A stretch of 64,000 nt of DNA from assembly GCA_010093745.1 (NCBI GenBank), contig MU006009.1, positions 1 to 64,000 of the forward strand, read 5' to 3'. Made by a program: the position numbers and the translations under genes. Within the stretch, counting starts at the first letter, position 1; the number at the start of each line of letters is the position of its first letter. The DNA is from Piedraia hortae CBS 480.64 (Eukaryota). The notes beneath the pieces are model-generated. The model did no database searches. It saw only the letters and a list, made by a program, of their open reading frames with translations, and was not told the DNA's origin. Below, piece after piece: positions 46,764 to 58,300 of the stretch.

Positions 46764-47591
46764 GAAGTCTTCCCCACTGCGTGCACACTTGTGAACACCA
46801 CTTCAAACGCGAATAGCACCACACACAACCACTCTACATAGCTATAAACTACATCGTTCGAAAGCGCGTGCTCTAACGTTTCATGTGGTACCATTTTGGG
46901 TGGCTAGCGATTCCATCGGAAGCGGAAATGTTGCGATATATGCAAAATGCATTCTCGCACACATAACGCCCGTACGCCACCATCTCTGGGTCAAGGCGTA
47001 TTAGGCACCAACCGTTACAACCTTGAAGATATTGGCTTTCTTGTTCACCTCGTTTGAGCTGCACGCGACGTCGGGGCGCGGTGGGTCATCGATTCAAAGT
47101 TGATGAAGTCGTCACGATATCGACACGACAACTTTGAATCGACACAACAGATCGCATAACCATCGCAAACAATCATAAGTGCATACATATGAACGCTAGC
47201 AATGCATAGATTCCAATGATATGCACCGCAGAGATTGAATCCGTTTCTTGTTGTGCCATTTTGCGAGGTTTGATCATGCGCGAAATGGTCTGCGAAACCC
47301 GCGAAAAATTGGGCCATAAGCTTACAAAAATCTACAAAAAAAAAAAAAAAAGCCGGTGGGGTATGATCTTCAAAGTGTAGTCTTCCGCCTAAATCAATCA
47401 GCTAGTGTTGGAGACGTTCGAGTGTCGCGCTACATAGCTCGAAAGTCAGCGAGTTTGAGCGATTTCGGGGCGACTCCCCCACGTCCAACGACACCTCACG
47501 CCAACGCCACGTCCAACCGCTAGTGCGCTACATGGATGACTCTCGTCTTTCCGACACTGTAGGCAGTTCGGATACGTCAATCCTGTTACTT
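46764..47591 (+). repeat. Left arm of long inverted repeat
   Basis: Blocks shared with the right-arm reverse complement: GAAGTCTTCCCCACTGCGTGCACACTT, TTCGAAAGCGC, TTCAAAGTTGA, TTTGAATCGAC, GAAACCCGC, CGCCTAAATCAATCA, GTGTCGCGCTACAT, GCTCGAAAGTC, GTGCGCTACA. Confidence 0.85.
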
Positions 47592-47875
47592 TTGCGCCTC
47601 GAGAGTCCTTCGGAAGGCAGTTGGTAGAATGGCAACTCCTAATTCCCTAGCATAAGACGCGTCCAGAGCGACCATAACATTGGGACGGGATAAATTGTTT
47701 ATTCCGGGTGTGTCATAAACTGTATCTGTAACAGAGAACAAGACTGCCAGGATGCGTAGATGCATGTAGATGTTCATATAAAGCCATTCCCGCCGGCCCA
47801 TGTTCCGTACAGACGGTCTGTTCTTCTTTTCCCACTCCGTATTCTCTTTCGTACCGCTTCCCATCTCTTATTAAC

Positions 47876-49052
47876 ATGTACGCTGCCCTTAGTGAACTGT
47901 ATGCTCTAGTCGAGAATGGCATCAAGCCAAACTTCGCGGTTACCGCCAAAAAGCATCTGGTCAATCGTACAACCTTGTACAAACGGTTCCAGGGCCTCAC
48001 GGTGGATCGAGACACCGCATCGGAGGCGCGCAGGAGCCTGTCACAGGAGCAAGAGGAGGAGCTGGTCGAGTACATCAGCTTCATGTGTGATTGGTGCTTG
48101 CCTCCCTCGCCAGCCACGGGTCGCACCTTAATCTCAAGATTTTCCAGCATTGCATCGCCCACAAGATTCTGGTGGCTTTTTACGCCCCCTCTCCCCCCTC
48201 GCAACCCACCGTCTTCAGTCCCTGGATGTGGGTTTGTTCTTACCTCTGGGGAAATTCTACAGCCAGGGGTTGAATAGTTTCACAAATATGTCGCTGGGGC
48301 AAACGATGACGAAGAGGAGTTTCTTTGATATCTTTTGGCCTGCCTTTGAGAAAGCCTTCACCAAGGAGAATGTACTGTCGGCATGGAGGAAAACGGGCAT
48401 CTTCCCCTTCGATCCAGAAGTGGTCCTAAGCAAGCTGCCTGCTGCCCGACCTGTGGCGGCCCAGAGCAGCGAAGAGCTAAGCACATCCAAAAGACAACTA
48501 CGCTTAAAAGTGGGAAAGATCTCCCGACGGGCAGATCCTGAAACTCGGAAAGTGCTACAGGAACTGAGCCAAAGTGCTCTGAACACAGCCGCAAGATTGA
48601 CGTTGGCGGAGCATAGATGCTTCAATCTTGAGAAATCTTTGGCACTGGAGCGGAGGATGAGGAAGCGCAAGTCCAGGTTAATGGAGCAGGTTAGGGGTAT
48701 GGAAGGGTATGGAGGGGCGCTGTTTGTCGTCACTGGGGTCCTTCAGAAGGTTCGGGAGTTGGAGCAGCAGCAGGCAGATGCGAAGGAGCGGGAGGAACAA
48801 GAGAAAGCGCAGAGGGTACGTGAAAGGGCGGAGGCCAAGGCGTTGAAGGCTGCGGAGACGTTGCGGAAGCGACAGGAGCGACAAGCCGCTAAAGACGCCC
48901 GTATGGCAGCAAAGGCACGGAAGAAGGCCGAAGTCGCAGCGAGGAAATCCGCCGCCCAATACAAGGACGATGACGATGACGACGACAACGACTACGTTGA
49001 GGAGTGGCAACTCAGGAGGTCCACGAGACAGGCGATCAGTAAGAATAACTAG
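47876..49052 (+). pseudogene. pogo/Fot1-type (HTH CENP-B + DDE_1) transposase, internally deleted and frameshifted
   Basis: AKKHLVNRTTLYKRFQG, LSQEQEEELVEYI..LPPSP, HGSHLN, THRLQSLDVGLF, AWRKTGIFPFDP spread over three frames. Confidence 0.88.
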
Positions 49053-49063
49053 CTTTGTATCAG

Positions 49064-49888
49064 TAAGTAGGCAGTATTGATATATTCCTCTCCGTGTAGC
49101 GCACAAGCGGTTGAACGTCGAGTTGGCGTGTGTCGTTGGGCGTGGGGGAGTGGGGACGAGGTCCGTCCCGCGCTACCCCACGCGAAAGCCGGCTCGAAAC
49201 CTCTCAAACTCGCCGACTTTCGAGCGATGTAGCGCGACACCAGAACGTCTCAAACACTTGATGATTGATTTAGGCGAAAGTTCATACCTTTAAATTTATA
49301 TTCCACTGCTTTTCATGTTAGTATTAAAAGGGCTTTTGCTCGGAATCTTGCGGGTTTCTAGGGCCATTAAGGGTCGAAACAAACCCGACTAGATAATAGG
49401 CAAAACAGGACATTAACCATGCAAATTGCATACCATTCGAGTCTATACAATGCAAGCTATCGTATGAGACCGCTCACGACTGTTTGCGGCAATTATACGT
49501 TGTGTTAGGTCGATTCAAAACTGAAAGCGACGTCGCGAATTCGACCCGTCAACTTTGAACAGACAGAACACCGCGATCAGACCTCGCGCATACCTCAAAC
49601 AAAGTGCACTAGAAACGCGAGACCTCAAATAGTACGTCCATGGGCGCAAGGTATGTAAAAGATGCTAGCTGGTGCTGTACTGGCGTCATCTCTGCAACGG
49701 TGCCATTTGACATGAATCGCAGTATACCGATCGCAGAAAGGAACATGAACATACAAAACCTGAGCCATATGAATCCTTAGGGCATGCGCTTTCGAAAAAG
49801 CCAACCTATAGCTGTGTACCATGGTTGTGCGTGATGCTATTCAAGTTCGAAGTGGTGATCAAAGTGTGCACGCAGTGGGGAAGACTTC
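49064..49888 (-). repeat. Right arm of long inverted repeat
   Basis: Reverse-complement match to 46764-47591. Confidence 0.85.
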
Positions 49889-50080
49889 CATCAATACAAG
49901 CGCCCAAAGGCCCGCTGTGGTCGGAATGATGGGTCGTTGTCCCGATCGCATGGAAGCACCGATTCATTGATGCTGTACCATCGACGAGCAAGCATTGACA
50001 CAGGGTTCACCTTTCTATCATCACAGTCCAAGGCTGCACTCCACGATTCGATTATCCCCAGCGGTGTCCCAAAACGGCTT

Positions 50081-50720
50081 TCAAACTTCGATCAGCTTTT
50101 CTGTCTCTTCCGTCTGCCCCGAAGAATATACAAATATTCTTGTCGTTGCACAGGCCTGAAGATGGTCAAGACATGATACTGCTCCGACGCCTTGAGTCAT
50201 CTTTGCTGCTCTCTCTTTCATTGCCCACTCTGACCAAGTTGTGTCATACACGGAGGTAGCGAGGCCCATTATGGCATATGAACCATAAATCTGGGCTTTT
50301 GTGAAGAGGAGTCTATTTCTTGTCAGGTATACCATATCGCCATTGGAGTAAGTGCAAATCGGAAAGATTGCTGGGGCTTTCAAACAGGCACATGTGGCTG
50401 CGATTAAGATGGAAGCGGACATCGCCCCCAAGACCTCTACATACAGACTTTAGGGACGACCAGGTGACAACGAATATTGACGGGGCCTTGAATCCGTTTG
50501 AACTGCGGCGATGGGTGAGCTGGGAGGCACTGAAGCAGACGGGGGCATGCTGATATGGCACAATTGCTGCACGATAAGGTTGACCTGTCCGCGGCCATAA
50601 AAGTATCACATGTTGTCGAGGAGTTTTTCACGGAGGAAAAAGAGATGGGAGAAAGAGCAAACAGGGGGTAGAGCAACAAAAATCTACGGCACCCATCTCC
50701 GCACAAATTGCGTGGGCTGA
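50081..50720 (-). pseudogene. Possible decayed PTH11-like (fungal rhodopsin-domain) membrane protein
   Basis: Fragments LLQCLP, GAMSASILIAATCACLK and NGDMVYLT..LLF resemble the later TM helices of that family; several frameshifts. Confidence 0.3.
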
Positions 50721-52960
50721 GCGAGTGACTCCCGAGAATTGGCGTCCCGGGTGTACATCTGTCCTGCATATGCGGGTGGCAGAAGTGAATGCTGGACCAA
50801 CTTTTGGGAGTTTCCACCGGTCCGGCAGAAATACCGAGATGGCTGGCGGAGGGGCGGGTACTGCCCGGTTGCGGGACCACCTTCTGCAGGAAGAGATGAA
50901 ATGACGTTATGCTGCAAGTTGGCTGCTTCCAATTGGAGTCCTCCAGCAGTTCCGGGTGGCCCTTGCCGATGAGGAGGGCGGTGGCAGTATGGAAGCCATT
51001 CCAACCTGGTAAGCTGTCCACCAACGGGGGTAGTGACTGCCTGGTCTAGCCTGCGATGGAAGTGCTAATGATTTGATAATGAGGTTGGAGGAGGCGAGAT
51101 CACACAGACATCCGGGAGCCACTGAGGGTACAATCTTGCTTGCAACAATTCCCATACATAGTGCTAGCAGACCCGTTGGTGAACCCTACAGAGATTGCAT
51201 AGATATTTCCAATCCCCAACATCGCAGGATTGTATGCGGCGAATTTAGATGCGGAAACGCAGAGACCGTGGAAAAGTATTAGGTTCACAGCGAACATTCG
51301 GGAAAATGCATCCAGAATTTACGTGACTTGGCACACACCAGCGATTCGCCCCCCGTAGGAGTGTCTCCATTAGCTTTTCAGCTGTACGTCGCCGTTTTGA
51401 CCTCGAAGTGTATCGATCGGGAGGGGTCGGTACTTAAAACTTGATCAAAAATTCGAATACTGGTACCATCCACTTGGAGTCTTGCCAGTCCATTAGCTAC
51501 ATGTACTTAAACGTCTGCATCTAACGTTTGGCAATGCAACATACCGATGTTATGGACCTATCCTTGGAATCATCTTACCTACAGGGCACGCTCATGAATC
51601 GATGAAGTCAATGGGGCTTTGCATCATAGCGAATCCGGTCAATTTGGTCATGCCCGAAGCAATGACAACAGAAGTTAGCGTGTTGATCTTAAGGGCGCCT
51701 GAAAATAGATTCGATTATACTCACAGGCCCGCACAGGATTCGTTTTCAATTGGGAATGTTTCCTCTTGGAGGAAATGCGTGGATCCTCTGCTCGTCCTGT
51801 GAAGTCAACGAATGACAAAGCCCGAGTGAGTTTAGCAAATAGCCGAGAGGAATTGCATTCTACTCGCAGTGGATTTTCTCGCAGGCAGTGAGTAGCGTTG
51901 GATTTTACTCAAATCCCTTCATCGTAGTCGTTTGATGAATCCGTCGATCATACGTGTGATTCTGTCTTTACTGAAAAAATGGGAGCAAGGGGTAGACCTG
52001 CGTGCCAAGGCTACCCCACATTCCGGAACAACCCGGACCGCATGGTGAATGATCCACCAGACTTCGTCCATGGGAAGGTAGATCCCATGGAAAGTCTGGC
52101 GCACATTCACACCTGATTGAGACCAGGCATCTGACAGCTTTGCTGGCACTTTTTTTCTCGCATGATCTAGCAGGCAACCCAGATATTGCCTGACGGTGGT
52201 AGTGCTGCCAGTAGGACTACATTTAATTGGTGGGGACGATCATAACCTATTGGGGTCTTATTGGGGGCTGGTAAAATGAGCTCACTCATTAGAATTATGG
52301 CACAAAGCCGCGTCCGAATACGAGCTCCTTCAGAGCCCCGCACTGCTGCAACCGGAGAGAAGAATCCTTCTGAGCACATTTACCAAGAACTGAAGGTTTC
52401 ACCGCAAGGTGATTGGTCTTACCCCGCAAACATTCCTGCCTTGCATCTCGCATGCAAGTCAGCGGCCCCACAGCCATATCGAACGTAATTGGACAGGAAG
52501 TGCGGGACAGGCAACCATGTGCAAAATACAGGTCTGTGAGATGCTGCGACGGTAGGTTTGAGGTTCCAAAGGACTGATGACTGGTTTCATAGCGGTCTCG
52601 CCGAGGACAGACCTCTTCTTAGCACACTACACAACCTTTCATCCTTTCCATATATGTACAGTAGGTGTGTCTGCTGCATATTGACAGTCTGGTATGAGCG
52701 TTCCGTTCACGGCAAACGCAAGTTTGCATTGACGCCACGATCACTGTGACGGGGGCAGGCTCCTTACAGGCCGTTTGTTTAGCGACATACGCAAGTGGGC
52801 TTGCAGTTGCGCGTTGGTCAGGTGGACAACGGATGTGTATGCTGAACATTTCGTTTCCAAACCCAAGGCAGGTATATAATGTGGACCTCCCATCATCGAC
52901 GTACTCACAGTTAGTCGCTCAACAGTCGCCAAACACGATCAAAACCTGGAAACATTCATA

Positions 52961-53328
52961 TTGAAGCTTTTCATCACGGCCGTCTTGACCTTTTTGGCTG
53001 CACCAACAACACTGGCGGCTCACACTTGCAAAGGCTATGGGCTTACTGGAACATGCGAACACACAAGCGCCTGCAAGAGCAGTGGAGGTATGTTTCGAGT
53101 TGGTAGCCCATTGACTCTCGTAATAACTCTCGATTAAAAGGCTTTTCCATTACCGGCGCCTGCCCCAACGATCCCGCAGATGTTAAATGCTGTCTCTACT
53201 CGGCTTGTTCAGATCCTAAGACAGGTAACGGGGGAGACTGCCGTCTCACATCGGATGGCTGTTCAGGAGGGCACTTTATCACTGGCCGCTGCCCAGGACC
53301 AAGTAACGTCAAATGCTGTGTTTATTAA
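52961..53328 (+). CDS. Small secreted 12-Cys protein, 104 aa (intron 53088-53140); frame intact but start codon is TTG
   Basis: (L)KLFITAVLTFLAAPTTLAAHTCKGYGLTGTCEHTSACKSSGGFSITGACPNDPADVKCCLYSACSDPKTGNGGDCRLTSDGCSGGHFITGRCPGPSNVKCCVY*; TATATAA near 52873; absent from the ORF track. Confidence 0.8.
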
Positions 53329-53790
53329 ATAAGGTGAACAGAGGATGTTTACGAATTCTTTCTTCAGTAGTTGAGTGTCTTCGAGTGCAGCGTGATTGCG
53401 AATTGAATGAATTTCTTCGTGCAGTAAACCCAGCTGGATCTTTGATTATCCCTAGCAATCATACTACGAAACCTCTTCATCCTTCGGATATTTAATAGTT
53501 GTGACCATGGTAAAGCCGGCAGGGTATTACTAATATTGCATTAATCGTCAGCGCAAGTTCACAGGAAGGCTGTGACGGGACTAAGAACTATCATGTTATC
53601 TCTCATCTATTCCCTCAAATTAGCGAGGCACGCCAGCCTGATTGACATCGTGCTTCTGTCAAGTCGAAGAAGGCCATGCTTGCTAAGCCACCCATGACGG
53701 GTATATAAAGCTGTCCTCCCACACACGAAGGGTACAGAACTCGTCGCTTCAAGAATAGTCAATCACCATCGAAAGCAGAATACTTTCACT

Positions 53791-54189
53791 ATGAAGCTTG
53801 TCATCATGACTATCTTGGCACTTATGGCTTGCCCCAACGGCCCTGGCCGCCAACCCTTGCAATGCCCTTGGTTATACGGGAACATGCGAAAAGACGACCA
53901 CATGCAGTAAATACTCTGATAGTTCATTGACTCTCATAATGACTCTCAACAAAAAGGCTTCAGCGTTAGCGGTGCCTGTCCCAATGATCTCGCGGATGTC
54001 AAATGCTGCATCACTGTTGGTTGTTCAGATCCCAAGACAAGTACCATGGGAAACTGCATCAACACATCGGTTGGCTACGATGAGGGTCACTTTATCCCTG
54101 GCCGCTGTGCAGGGCCGGGTGATGTTCAATGCTGTGTTCACGGTCAAGATGTACACCGGATGTTACAGGATGTATCTCATTGTAGTTGA
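53791..54189 (+). pseudogene. Tandem paralogue of the 12-Cys secreted protein
   Basis: ATGAAGCTT start, +1 frameshift near 53829, 5' splice donor missing, GACPNDLADVKCC..CSDPKT..GHFIPGRCAGPGDVQCCV retained; TATATAAA at 53702. Confidence 0.85.
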
Positions 54190-54979
54190 CTAACATCAGA
54201 TGCATATTGGCTGCGGATATACTGATCTTCTCAATGCAATCAATCAAACTCAAGCAGACTTCTCCCTAGCACGCCAAGGTGAGGTATGCAGTAGTTGTGA
54301 TCATGGTATATCCGACAGAGTAATCACAACAATCCATTCACGGTCAACGCAAATTCTCCGGAACGCAAGACCACCTTCATCTTACATTTTGTATGCTAGT
54401 GGGCCTGGGGCTGCCCTCTTATTGGGTGGATAAAGGCTTTGCAAATGCCAAGCCGCTCATGACAGATCTATCACACTGGTATCCAACTCAGGATGAACCT
54501 ACACTTAATCGCTTCAATACTCATCAAACACCTTTCAGAATACTGTATCATTACGCGGCAAATCCTGAACATGTATGCTCGCACATAACATTAAACCCAA
54601 ACTGCCAGAGGCAAAATTCTTATCCCACAGGGCTTCCCGCTGTGTGCACACTCCAACTACGCATACCCTTTTTACTCACACATAGCTACATACCAGTCAT
54701 CTCAGAATCACGTGCTGTGGGGTGTTTCATGGTAGTCCACAACCCCATTTGTAGCTGTTATGTCCCAATCTCTATGTACACACTCAGGAAAATTCAGAAT
54801 AAGCACAACGGAGTAAACCCCCTAAAGAATAATAATCTCTCGAAACAATCAGCAAGTATTGGGGGAAGCCTTGTCTCGCTGCATTACCCTTGACTCGAAG
54901 TTATTCAAATTCAACTCCTCCAGCTTCCAATCTATGTCGCCCACCGCGTTGACGTTTCAACCTCGGCATAAGTATTCGA

Positions 54980-55132
54980 TAGAACAACCGTGAAAAGGGC
55001 CATAATATCGAAAATTGGATCGTATAAATCCTCGGAACTGTTGACAGAGCAGGCTTGTTGCTAGGCACAATAGCTGTATGTGATGTTATTCTAGTTTGAA
55101 GTGATAGTCAAATGTGTACACGCAGTGGGGAA
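54980..55132 (-). repeat. Third, diverged copy of the inverted-repeat terminus, oriented like the right arm
   Basis: TGATGTTATTCTAGTTTGAAGTGATAGTCAAATGTGTACACGCAGTGGGGAA versus TGATGCTATTCAAGTTCGAAGTGGTGATCAAAGTGTGCACGCAGTGGGGAA; inner boundary uncertain. Confidence 0.75.
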
Positions 55133-55372
55133 TCGGTACATTTGGCTGTCTGAGATGCTGCAGGCTTATTTGTTTCATGTGAACAAATCGATGGGGTTTT
55201 TTTTGGACTCGCCTGCAGTTGGGAAGAGCACATTGTGTGCACCAAGTGCGTTACTGCTATCGAAAACGTGTTCTTCAAATATGTAAAGAACGAGCAAGAG
55301 GTAACATGGAGTTGGTGGTTGGATGCGACACCTCAACAGAGGCAGCGTACAGATGACACGGATTTAACCCTG

Positions 55373-58300
55373 CTAATCTTCAAGAGGGAACTCATCTTCC
55401 AATTTTAGCGTGGCACGCACACCCATGCTGATCAATTCTTGAATGAGGAGCTTTGCAGCATATGGGATAGTGACTTTGGCCATGGCGCGGCTGCTCCGGC
55501 AGGTTTGACACCAATTATGGTAGCCCATATTACCGCACACATCGCAGATCTCGACCTCGTGTGCATCAGAGCTGTACATGAGTCGTTCGAGGAGGAGCTG
55601 TGATGTTCCGTAAGCGATGAGGCAGTCGCGCTCCATTTCTCCCAGGCGCAAACCACCCTTTTTGGCGCGGCCCTCGACAGGTTGCCGCGTTAGGAGTTGC
55701 ACTGGTCCCTTTGCCCGCGCATGCATCTTGTCCTGAACCATGTGTTTTAACTTCTGGTAGTAGATCGGGCCGAAGAAGATATAGCGTTTATAGCTCTCGC
55801 CTGTGATGCCTGAAGTCATGAAATCCTTGCCAGAGTAGCTGAAGCCAGCTTCTACCAGCGCTTGACCCATGTGTTTAACTTTGCTGCCTCCAAAAGCTGT
55901 TCCGTACTCTTGTTTTCCGTGTATCACTCCGGCCTTGCCGGCAAGTAGCTCTATCATCTTGCCCACAGTCATCCTAGACGGAAACCCGTGTGGATTCATT
56001 ATAATGTCGGGTGTGATGCCTTGATCACTAAAGGGAAGATCTTCTTGAGGCAAAATTAAGCCTGTCACGCCCTTTTGCCCATGTCGGGACGAGAATTTGT
56101 CTCCCACTTCTGGCCGTCGTGTCTGACGAATTGTGGCTTTCACAAACCTTGAGCCGTTGTCGTCGTCTGAACGGATTATTTTGTCGACGTACGCCGGATC
56201 TGGCTGGCTGTAAGACTGGGCAACCTTCTTCCAACCGACCCCATCAGGCGGCGGAACTTCCTTCAAAACAACTGAATCTCCCGCCTCCAGCTTCGACCCT
56301 ACCTCGGCCAGCCCATCCTTTCCAATCTTCCGCTCTCTGGGCATCATGCTGTTTGGGCCAATTAACCTTTCTTTCTCTCCATTCTGGTGAGTCTTGAGTG
56401 GCACCATCATCTTTCTGAAGACCTGGCACCGCCCGAAACCGCGATCACAGGAGGCTTTGTTGATAACCAGTGCATCCTCAATATCGTACCCAGACAACGA
56501 CGTGACAGCTACAATAGCGTTCTGCCCCGCAGGTAGCTTGTCATATTTGATCAACTCGATTGCCCGAGTCGTGACTAACGGTTTCTGTGGATACACCATG
56601 AGGTACAGAAGCGTGTCTTGTCGGAGCAGCTGGTTATACCCAATGGCACCAATCGCTTGCTTACCCATTGCGCACTGATAAGTATTGCGCGGTGATTGAT
56701 TGTGATGTGGGTAGGGAATGAGGCCTGCCACGGCTCCCAAAATGGTAAAAGGCTCAATCTCCAGGTGCGTTGACGACGGCCGTATCTTTTTTTCCGACAT
56801 GGCGATGTAGGTGTCATTTTCCTCGTTGACATCCAGGTACTCGACAATGCCAAGCTTCAAAGCGTCCTGAAATCCTTTCTTGCCATCGCGCAGCTCCGTC
56901 AGGAACTCGGCCGTTGCCTTCGAACGTCCATTTTCGACAATGATCAATGGACGGCAGATTCGGCCCTCGTCGGTTGCAATATGCACGCCGTTATGATTGT
57001 GGTTGATATACACGCTCACAAACTCAGAGATTCGACCTTTTCGCCGTAGGTGGCGGAAGCGATCCAGGAACTGCTTTGGCTTCCGCGTCAGAGCGACTGG
57101 AGTGCCGTTAAGGAATATCAGATAAACACCTTGACTATAGAGATCCGAACCGGAAAACTGGGATATACTCTCGGCACCAATCGAAAAGATGAATCCCAGA
57201 ACTGGTTCCTCAGGGTCAGAGGTGGTGATGTGGGTCATGAGTGCGAGATTCTTGACCAGCCCACACTGCTCACCTTCCGGCGTGTCTGATGTACACAACA
57301 TGCCAAACTGTGAGGGCTGTAGGGCACGAGGGCCCGAAACCTTGCGAGTTTTCTCAAACTGCGCCGAGATGCGGGTCATCATCCCCAACGCACTGATGTA
57401 ACTTAGCCGGCTCACAAGGTGGGTCACACCAGCCCGATCCATTCTGAAGCGCTTGAGATTCCAAGTTCCCGTGGCGATCGCACGTTCAAGGCCATCTGAG
57501 ATGAAATTGCTATGCATCATCATAGTGTCGTAGGCGTTAAACTCTTTTGTGGGATTGTTCTTTTTCAGTTGCGTATCCATATCTTTTTTGAGTTGGCCAC
57601 AGTAGTCTTTGAACAGCTGCTCAAAAAGGAGAGCGATCATCTGGCCTGCAAGCTCAAATCGCTTGTTGCCCAGGTAGTCCCGGTCGTCGAGTTGCTTCTC
57701 GCTATGCATAGCCATGATAACCCGCCTGCCCATGAAAGCCAGATACAGAGCTTTTGGGTAGAAATCCAAATCTTTGACTCCAACGTGCGGCAATATGCCA
57801 ACTGCGAGCTTGTCCAGTGCCTGCTGTCGCGGAGACTTGGTCCCTCCCCACTTTGCTGCAAATCTCTCCGGTCGCAGCTTGCTGGCAATGTAGTCCAGAG
57901 CTTGTTCTTGCGTGAATACCCCCAATCGAGCAGCTTCTTCGATATTTGGTAGAAACTTGTCTTGGTACAGTTCGTCATTGCCTGCAACAAGCAGCAAAAC
58001 TGACATATCTGACTGAATGCCCATACCACGCAAAGCTATCACAATCGGGATATCATCCGACATGGAACTGTGCTTCAGGTACAACAAACCCTTTTTAGCC
58101 ACAACATACGTCTTGGTCTTCACAGCTGCCGAGTAACTGGTCACGGATGCTTGCAGGACACCCCGGAAAGATTCAACCAATATACGATTTTTGCTGAGTT
58201 GCTCTTGAATGAGAATGACCTTCTCCTGACCTCGCGCAATGAAGTAACCTCCGGGATCGATGGGACACTCATTCAGCACCGCAAGTTCATTTTCCGACTT

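Larger units (their letters stand above)
46764..49888. mobile_element. Non-autonomous DNA element with ~800-bp imperfect terminal inverted repeats
   Basis: 46764-46790 is the exact reverse complement of 49862-49888 (27/27); inverted similarity continues inward to ~47590/49064; transposase relic inside. Confidence 0.8.

Noticed and set aside
46774..49877. CACTG near the repeat ends suggesting a CACTA/CMC element
   Set aside because: Inverted identity extends about 11 bp beyond CACTG, and the flanks are inverted rather than direct repeats.
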